Below, piece after piece: positions 55,085-64,000 of a DNA stretch of 64,000 nt. The stretch comes from an uncultured Actinomycetes bacterium. GTDB taxonomy: Bacteria > Actinomycetota > UBA4738 > HRBIN12. The notes under the pieces were generated by a model that saw only the letters and a list, made by a program, of their open reading frames with translations, made no database searches and was not told the origin of the DNA. Position numbers and translations under genes: made by a program. The stretch covers positions 96,001 through 160,000 of the forward strand of contig CAVPIB010000004.1 of the NCBI GenBank assembly GCA_963704885.1, in the 5' to 3' direction. Each line of letters starts with the position of its first letter. The first letter of the stretch is position 1.

Positions 55085-55798
55085 ATGAAGAAGAAGGAAA
55101 AGGACGCCGCAGACGACTCGCAGGACTTCTCCGGCATGCCGGCGTCCGCTCCCATAACGGCCGCGGACATCCAGCAGAAGGAGTTCCGGGTGTCGCGCTT
55201 CGGCGGATACCGGATGCGCGACGTCGACGAGTTCCTGGATCAGGTCACGGAAGCCATGACCAAACTCGCCGATGAGAACCAACGGGTGCGGTCGGCCGGC
55301 GGACTCCCGGTAGCGCCGTCGCCCCCACCGATCGGCGCGCCGGACCTGGCCGATACGTCGCGACAGGCCGACGAGATCATCGCTCGAGCGCGAGCGGAGG
55401 CTGCCACGATCTTGCAGGAGGCTCGCGAGCAGGCAGTAACGGCAGCCGGGGGACCCACGACCGATGCCGGGCGGGCTGCGGTGGCGGCGTTCCTGGCACA
55501 GGAGCGCGACTTCCTCCAGCAGCTCGCGTCGCTGGTGCAAGGCCATGCAGAGTCCGTCAAGGGTATGGCGAAGGCCAGCAGGGGCCCGAAGCCGGGGTCC
55601 GCCGCTCCGGCCGCCGGATCCGCGAAGGCGGTCGAGCGGTCGGGGCCCGTAGAGGCTGCGGGCGCGCCGAAGCAGACAGAGCCGATCCGAGTCGAGGAAC
55701 CGGCCACGGCATCGGTCGCGGCCGCCGAGTCTGACGACGAGGCGACGAGCGAGGGAGGAGATCCATCGCTCAGGGAGCTCTTCTGGGGCGAGGAGTGA
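55085..55798 (+). CDS. divIVA: DivIVA-domain protein
   Basis: IT..DI..KEF......GY...DVDEFLD followed by coiled coil. Confidence 0.85.
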   Translation: MKKKEKDAADDSQDFSGMPASAPITAADIQQKEFRVSRFGGYRMRDVDEFLDQVTEAMTKLADENQRVRSAGGLPVAPSPPPIGAPDLADTSRQADEIIARARAEAATILQEAREQAVTAAGGPTTDAGRAAVAAFLAQERDFLQQLASLVQGHAESVKGMAKASRGPKPGSAAPAAGSAKAVERSGPVEAAGAPKQTEPIRVEEPATASVAAAESDDEATSEGGDPSLRELFWGEE

Positions 55799-55972
55799 CC
55801 GCCGGCGACCGCCCCGCGGCGGTCGCCCTGCTCTACGCGAGCGCGTTCGCGATGATCCTCGCCGCAGCCTTGGCCCTGGGCGTGGGGCTCCTGTCCGAGC
55901 GAGGGACCGGTCCTGTTCTGGTGGCGCTTGTGGCGAGCCTTGGTGGGTTGCTGTTGCTCGCCCTGGGGATCG

Positions 55973-59143
<3,171 letters not shown>

Positions 59144-59178
59144 CCTCTCGTCGCCTCCTTCCGCGCCCCGACATGCGA

Positions 59179-59450
59179 AACGCCTCGTCCCTTGCAGGGA
59201 CGAGGCGTTGGCCCCGCGGTACCACCCCGCTTGTCAGGCGCCTCTCGGCGCCCGACCGCTCACGACCGCCATCACGGCCTCCCGCTGTCACGGGCGGGGC
59301 CCGGCTGCGCCTACTGCGCTGCAGGAGAAGACCCGCACCGGTTCGGGCAGCGGCTCGGGGAGGATGTTCACGGGGGGTTCGCGCCGGGCTCGCACCATCC
59401 CCGGCTCGCTCTGGCTGGACGACCCCGCTACTCGTTCCCGTCGTCGCCTG
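59179..59450 (-). promoter_or_regulatory. Ile T-box riboswitch
   Basis: Stem I motifs (GAGTAG, AGAGCGAG...GGTGCGA); specifier ATC at 59363-59365; T-box GGGGTGGTACCGCG at 59215-59228; 14-bp hairpin at 59179-59209. Confidence 0.9.
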
Positions 59451-59472
59451 TCCGGGTCATGCTACACCCGCT

Positions 59473-59733
59473 ATGGCCACCATCACGGTTCGAGTCGTCC
59501 CGCGTTCGGGCCGAACGAGGGTCGAGGTAGGCCCCGACGGTGTAGTCGTCCGTGTGCGGTCGGCTCCCGAGCGGGGCAGAGCCACGGACGAGGCCGCAAG
59601 AGCGCTGGCCGATTCGCTTGGGGTCGCCCCAGGCCGCGTGAGCCTGCGGGCCGGAGTCCGTTCACGCACGAAGGTCTTCGATGTGGAAGGACTCACCTCC
59701 GAGGAGCTCGAGCTCCGGATCGGCCGGGCATGA
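59473..59733 (+). CDS. DUF167 (YggU-like) protein
   Basis: VRV.P.S......VRV...PE.GRA......LA..LGV....V....G..SR.K. Confidence 0.82.
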   Translation: MATITVRVVPRSGRTRVEVGPDGVVVRVRSAPERGRATDEAARALADSLGVAPGRVSLRAGVRSRTKVFDVEGLTSEELELRIGRA

Positions 59734-59781
59734 GGGGTCTTCCGGGACCCCAGAAGACCCCTGTGCTACCCTCCCTCGACC

Positions 59782-60168
59782 ATGGCCGGGACCAGCAAAC
59801 TCACGAAGCAAGAGCTAGGTGACCTGCGCGTTCGCCTGGAGGAGGAGGGCGCCCAGCTGGAGACGCAGCTGGCCACCATCCTCGAGGACTCCTTCGCCGC
59901 GTCGCAGTCCGAGATGTCTGGCGACGTCGGCCTCGACGACGAATCCGCCGACGCGGGAACCGCCACGTTCGAGCGGGAGAAGGATCTTTCGATAGAGAAC
60001 AACGTCCGCGATCTTCTGCAGAAGATCGAGCGCGCGCTGCGCCGTATGGACGAAGGGAGCTACGGCATCTGCGACATCTGCGGGAAGCCCATCGAGAAGG
60101 CACGAGTGAAGGCCCTCCCGTACGTCGACCTCTGCATCAAGGACGCCCAGGCTCAGTCCCGGCGGTAG
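59782..60168 (+). CDS. TraR/DksA C4 zinc-finger protein
   Basis: ADAG..TFERE, AL.R...G.YG.C..CG.PI...R..A.P...LC..D. Confidence 0.9.
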   Translation: MAGTSKLTKQELGDLRVRLEEEGAQLETQLATILEDSFAASQSEMSGDVGLDDESADAGTATFEREKDLSIENNVRDLLQKIERALRRMDEGSYGICDICGKPIEKARVKALPYVDLCIKDAQAQSRR

Positions 60169-60173
60169 TCCTC

Positions 60174-60668
60174 GTGACCGTCCGGGGACGCTCCGCGGCG
60201 CTGCTCTTCACGGTCGCGGGTCTGACGTGGGCGCTGGACCAGCTCACGAAGGTGTGGGTCGATCGCTCGCTGGCGGGCCGCCCGCCGATCACCGTGATCC
60301 CCGGCGTGCTCGATCTGCGGTTCACGACGAACTCCGGCGGTGCATTCAGCCTTGGACGAAGCGCCCCTTGGATCTTCGTGGGGGCGTCCATCCTGGTAAC
60401 CGTCGCGATCGTCGCGACCGCGTTCCGGCATACCGACATCCTCAAGTCGATCTCCTTGGGGCTGATCCTCGGTGGAGCGCTGGGAAACCTGACCGATCGT
60501 GTGCTCCGGGGTCCGCGGTTCACGGGACACGTGATCGACTTCGTCGACTTCCACATCTGGCCGGTGTTCAATCTGGCGGACAGCGCGATCGTGATCGGTG
60601 CCATCATGCTGGCGCTCTCCTCGTTCGGGGCCGATCGGGACTCGTCTCCCTCCTCCGATGACGGTTGA
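60174..60668 (+). CDS. lspA: Lipoprotein signal peptidase
   Basis: DQLTK, N.G.AFS, GGALGN..DR, V.DF, FNLAD. Confidence 0.95.
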   Translation: MTVRGRSAALLFTVAGLTWALDQLTKVWVDRSLAGRPPITVIPGVLDLRFTTNSGGAFSLGRSAPWIFVGASILVTVAIVATAFRHTDILKSISLGLILGGALGNLTDRVLRGPRFTGHVIDFVDFHIWPVFNLADSAIVIGAIMLALSSFGADRDSSPSSDDG

Positions 60669-61560
60669 CCGGATCCTCGCGGAGCCCGGGCGGCTGGACG
60701 CGGTTGTCGCCCGGATGACCGGCGTCACCCGCGCCGACGTGCAGCGGTCGATCGCGGCCGGGCGTGTGCGAGTGAACGGCACGGCCAGACCGAAGTCCTT
60801 CCTGCTCGCCGGGGGCGAGCGGATCGACGTGGAGCTGGACCCAACGAGGGCGCTCGCGCCCGAAGGCCCGCCCGTCCCGGTGCTCTACGAGGATGCAAAC
60901 CTTCTGGTGGTGGCCAAGCCCGCCGGCATCGTGACCCACCCGACCGACCGACGGCGCACAGGCACGCTGGTGAACCGTCTCCTCGGGATGCGGATGCCGC
61001 TGTCCACGATCGGCGGTTCGCTTCGTCCGGGCATCGTTCATCGGCTGGACGCCGGAACATCGGGTCTGATGATCGTGGCTAAGACGGACGAGGCGCACGT
61101 GGCGCTCGCCGCGATGTTCAAGGGCCACGAGGTCACGAGGCGATACCTGACGCTCGTGCGCGGCACCGTGGATCACGACGCGTTCGCCGTCGACGCGGCA
61201 CTCGGCCGGCAGGCCGCGCGCATCGTGGTCGACCAGACGGGTGGGCGACCTGCGGAAACCGGCTTCGAGGTCAGGGAGCGGTTCGACCGTGCCACGTTGT
61301 TGGAGGCTGCTCCCCGGACCGGCAGGACCCATCAGATCCGGGTGCATCTGTCGGCGATCGGGCACCCGATCCTGGGGGATCGGACGTATGGGGGCGTCGG
61401 CGATCTATCCCGCGATCTCGGGCTGGATCGACCTTTCCTGCACTCCTGGCGCATCTCGTTCAGGCATCCGCTGACCGGGGAACTCCTCGAGCGAGACGAG
61501 GGCTTGCCCGAGGACCTAGAGCGAGCGCTGGTGCGTCTGCGGACCAGGGACGCTCACTGA
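60658..61560 (+). CDS. RluA/RluD-family pseudouridine synthase
   Basis: S4 domain (RLD), KPAG, VHRLD.GTSG, TGRTHQIRVH, GD..YG. Confidence 0.93.
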   Translation: MTVDRILAEPGRLDAVVARMTGVTRADVQRSIAAGRVRVNGTARPKSFLLAGGERIDVELDPTRALAPEGPPVPVLYEDANLLVVAKPAGIVTHPTDRRRTGTLVNRLLGMRMPLSTIGGSLRPGIVHRLDAGTSGLMIVAKTDEAHVALAAMFKGHEVTRRYLTLVRGTVDHDAFAVDAALGRQAARIVVDQTGGRPAETGFEVRERFDRATLLEAAPRTGRTHQIRVHLSAIGHPILGDRTYGGVGDLSRDLGLDRPFLHSWRISFRHPLTGELLERDEGLPEDLERALVRLRTRDAH

Positions 61561-61592
61561 GGCGCCGCCGAGTACCGCCCCGACCTGCGGCC

Positions 61593-61669
61593 TTGACGCC
61601 CCTCGGGGCCGGGCGTACGGTGTGGCTCCCCGGAATCACACCGGTGTAGTTATCCCCCGGTGTGGATAA
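61593..61669 (+). promoter_or_regulatory. dnaE promoter with inverted DnaA boxes
   Basis: TTGACG-N17-TACGGT; TTATCCCCC (61650-61658) and perfect TGTGGATAA (61661-61669). Confidence 0.68.
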
Positions 61670-61715
61670 CTGGATATATGCGCGAGATGTGGGAAGAGGG
61701 GACGTCGCCGGACCG

Positions 61716-64000
61716 ATGACCGATCAGGGATTCGTACACCTCCACGTCCACTCCGAGTACTCCCTGCTCGACGGGGCGGCGCGTATCGAGGCCCCCAAGT
61801 TCCACCCGGACGCCCCCACCATCTTCACGGAGGCCGAGCGCCACGGCATGACGGCGGTCGCCGTCACCGATCACGGCGCCATGTTCGGTGCGCTACGGTT
61901 CTTCGAAGAAGGCAGGCGCGCCGGGATCAAACCCATCATCGGGGTCGAGGCGTATGTGGCCCCCAGCTCGCGCTTCGAGCGCGACCCCGGGCAGAACGAG
62001 GAGAAGTACCACCACCTCACGCTGCTCGCCCAGAACGAGGCTGGCTACCGCAACCTGCTGAAGCTCGTGTCCGCTGCATACCTGGAGGGCTTCTACCACC
62101 GCCCGCGCATGGACAAGGAGCTGCTCGCCGAACACGCCGAAGGCGTGATCTGCCTGTCGGGTTGCCTCTCGAGCGAGATAGCCACCCTGCTTCTCGCGGG
62201 TCAGGATCGAAAGGCTGAGGAGGCTGCCGCGCGATACCGGGACATCTTCGGACCCGATCGGTACTTCATCGAACTGCAGGACCACGGCATCGCCGATCAG
62301 CGGCGAGTGCTGCCCAAGCAGATCGAGCTGGCGCGTTCTCTCGACATCCCGCTCGTGGCCACCAACGACTTGCACTACACGGTGCGCGAGGACGCGAAGC
62401 CGCACGACGTCTTGCTCTGTATCCAACAGCAGAAGCTGCAGAGCGACCCCAAGCGGCTGCGGTTCGACTCCGACCAGTTCTACCTCAAGAGCGCCGAGGA
62501 GATGCGGCGCGTCTTCCGGGAGCTCCCCGAGGCGTGCGACAACACGCTGCGGATCGCCGAGGGCGTGGACCTGGATCTGGTCTTCGGCGATCGCGCGCCG
62601 GCCGATCAGCGCTTCCACCTGCCCAAGTTCGAGGTCCCGCCTGGCAAGGAGCTCGACAGCTATCTGGGCGAGCTCACCCGCGAGGGGGCGAGGGGTCGCT
62701 ACGGAGAGATCACCGACGAGATCGCGGGGCGGATCGACGACGAGCTTGCCGTCATCACCCAGATGGGGTTCGCCGGCTACTTCCTGATCGTGTGGGACCT
62801 GATCCGGTTCGCCCGCGAGAGCGGGATCCGCGTAGGGCCCGGTCGAGGATCGGCTGCGGGCTCCGTGGTCTCGTACTGCCTGCGGATCACCGACCTGGAT
62901 CCGCTGCGCTACGGTTTGATCTTCGAGCGGTTCCTGAACCCCGAGCGGCGACAGATGCCGGACATCGACATGGACTTCGACGAGCGCCGTCGCGACGAGG
63001 TGATCCGCTACGCCACCGAGCGGTACGGCTCGGATCACGTCGCCCAGATAATCACGTTCCAGACGATCAAGGGGAAGCAGGGGATACGCGACGCCGCGCG
63101 CGTGTTGGGGTTCCCCGCGGCGACAGGCGACCGGCTCTGCAAGATGTATCCGCCCGCCATCATGGGACGCGACGAGCCCATCGAGCGGGCGCTCGAGATC
63201 TCACCGGAGCTGCGCGAGGCCTACGAGAAGGAACCGGAGGCCAAAGAGATCGTCGATACCGCGCGAGCACTGGAGGGTCTGCGTCGCGAGGACTCTGTCC
63301 ACGCGGCCGGCGTGGTGATCGGCGACGCGCCACTGGTGAACTACCTTCCGCTCAAGCTCTCCAAGGACTCGCGCGACGATTCGAAACGCGTCGTCACGCA
63401 GTTCGACATGCACGGGGTGGAGGAGCTCGGCCTGCTGAAGATGGACTTCCTGGGGCTGCGCAACCTGTCGGTTATCGACGACACGGTGCGGCACCTGAAG
63501 GCCCGCGGCGTGGAGCTCGACATCGACCACGTTCCGCTCGACGACGCTGAGACGTACGCCATGCTCTGCCGTGCCGACACCACGGGCGTCTTCCAGATGG
63601 AATCGCCGGGCGTGCGCAGTCTCATCAAGCTGCTCGAGCCCGACCGGTTCGAGGATCTGATGGCGCTCGTGGCGCTCTATCGCCCAGGCCTGCTCTCGAT
63701 GGGCCAACACACGGAGTACGCGGAGCGCAAGCACGGACGCAAGCCGGTGACCTATCCGCATCCGGACCTCGAGCCGGTCCTGAAGGACACGTACGGGATC
63801 ATCGTCTATCAGGAACAGGTGATGCAGGCGGCGGTCGTGATGGCCGGCTATTCCATGGGTCAGGCCGACACCCTGCGGAAGGTCATGGGCAAGAAGATCC
63901 GCGAGCTGCTGCCTCCGCACCGCGACGCGTTCGTGAAGGGGTGTGTAGAGCGCGGGCATCCGACGCGGATGGCCGAAGATCTGTTCGAGCTGATCGTGCC
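61716..64000 (+). CDS. dnaE: Replicative DNA polymerase III alpha subunit, 3'-truncated by the window edge
   Basis: Translated by hand (absent from the ORF track): FVHLHVHSEYSLLDG, TDHG, GVEAY, GRGSAAGS, MPDIDMD, KMDFLGL, YQEQVM. Confidence 0.95.
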   Translation, partial: MTDQGFVHLHVHSEYSLLDGAARIEAPKFHPDAPTIFTEAERHGMTAVAVTDHGAMFGALRFFEEGRRAGIKPIIGVEAYVAPSSRFERDPGQNEEKYHHLTLLAQNEAGYRNLLKLVSAAYLEGFYHRPRMDKELLAEHAEGVICLSGCLSSEIATLLLAGQDRKAEEAAARYRDIFGPDRYFIELQDHGIADQRRVLPKQIELARSLDIPLVATNDLHYTVREDAKPHDVLLCIQQQKLQSDPKRLRFDSDQFYLKSAEEMRRVFRELPEACDNTLRIAEGVDLDLVFGDRAPADQRFHLPKFEVPPGKELDSYLGELTREGARGRYGEITDEIAGRIDDELAVITQMGFAGYFLIVWDLIRFARESGIRVGPGRGSAAGSVVSYCLRITDLDPLRYGLIFERFLNPERRQMPDIDMDFDERRRDEVIRYATERYGSDHVAQIITFQTIKGKQGIRDAARVLGFPAATGDRLCKMYPPAIMGRDEPIERALEISPELREAYEKEPEAKEIVDTARALEGLRREDSVHAAGVVIGDAPLVNYLPLKLSKDSRDDSKRVVTQFDMHGVEELGLLKMDFLGLRNLSVIDDTVRHLKARGVELDIDHVPLDDAETYAMLCRADTTGVFQMESPGVRSLIKLLEPDRFEDLMALVALYRPGLLSMGQHTEYAERKHGRKPVTYPHPDLEPVLKDTYGIIVYQEQVMQAAVVMAGYSMGQADTLRKVMGKKIRELLPPHRDAFVKGCVERGHPTRMAEDLFELIV

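Overview
High-GC chromosomal window from an Actinomycetota-type genome (SenX3/RegX3-like Pho system, TCGAAC-N4-GTTCGA SOS box, actinobacterial dcw order without ftsA, many leaderless genes). It is mostly core genome: (i) rhomboid/CDF/ogt/SCO1664-DUF3090-phosphatase genes; (ii) a phosphate and divalent-cation locus (senX3, pstSCAB-phoU-regX3, two DUF47 paralogs, Pit, CorA, and an MgtE-membrane + PhoU/RCK-C + tandem-Lrp operon), with pstA frameshifted; (iii) a LexA-boxed DUF6504-dnaE2-dinB operon with no imuA/imuB in the window; (iv) MerR (Rv1830/FtsR-like), transglutaminase-DUF58-MoxR, HNH; (v) the dcw cluster mraZ to divIVA; (vi) T-box-ileS, DUF167, dksA-like, lspA, RluA and the 5' part of dnaE. 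I saw no CRISPR array, transposase, integrase, prophage, rRNA or tRNA. The best leads are an unannotated 38-aa membrane sORF between mraZ and rsmH, two promoter-driven structured non-coding RNAs (36.8 kb and 17.8 kb) with similar 5' ends and C-rich loops, a palindromic element read in frame inside dnaE2, and the MgtE/PhoU-RCK-C/Lrp module. All calls come from reading the sequence and recognising motifs; no searches or folding programs were run.
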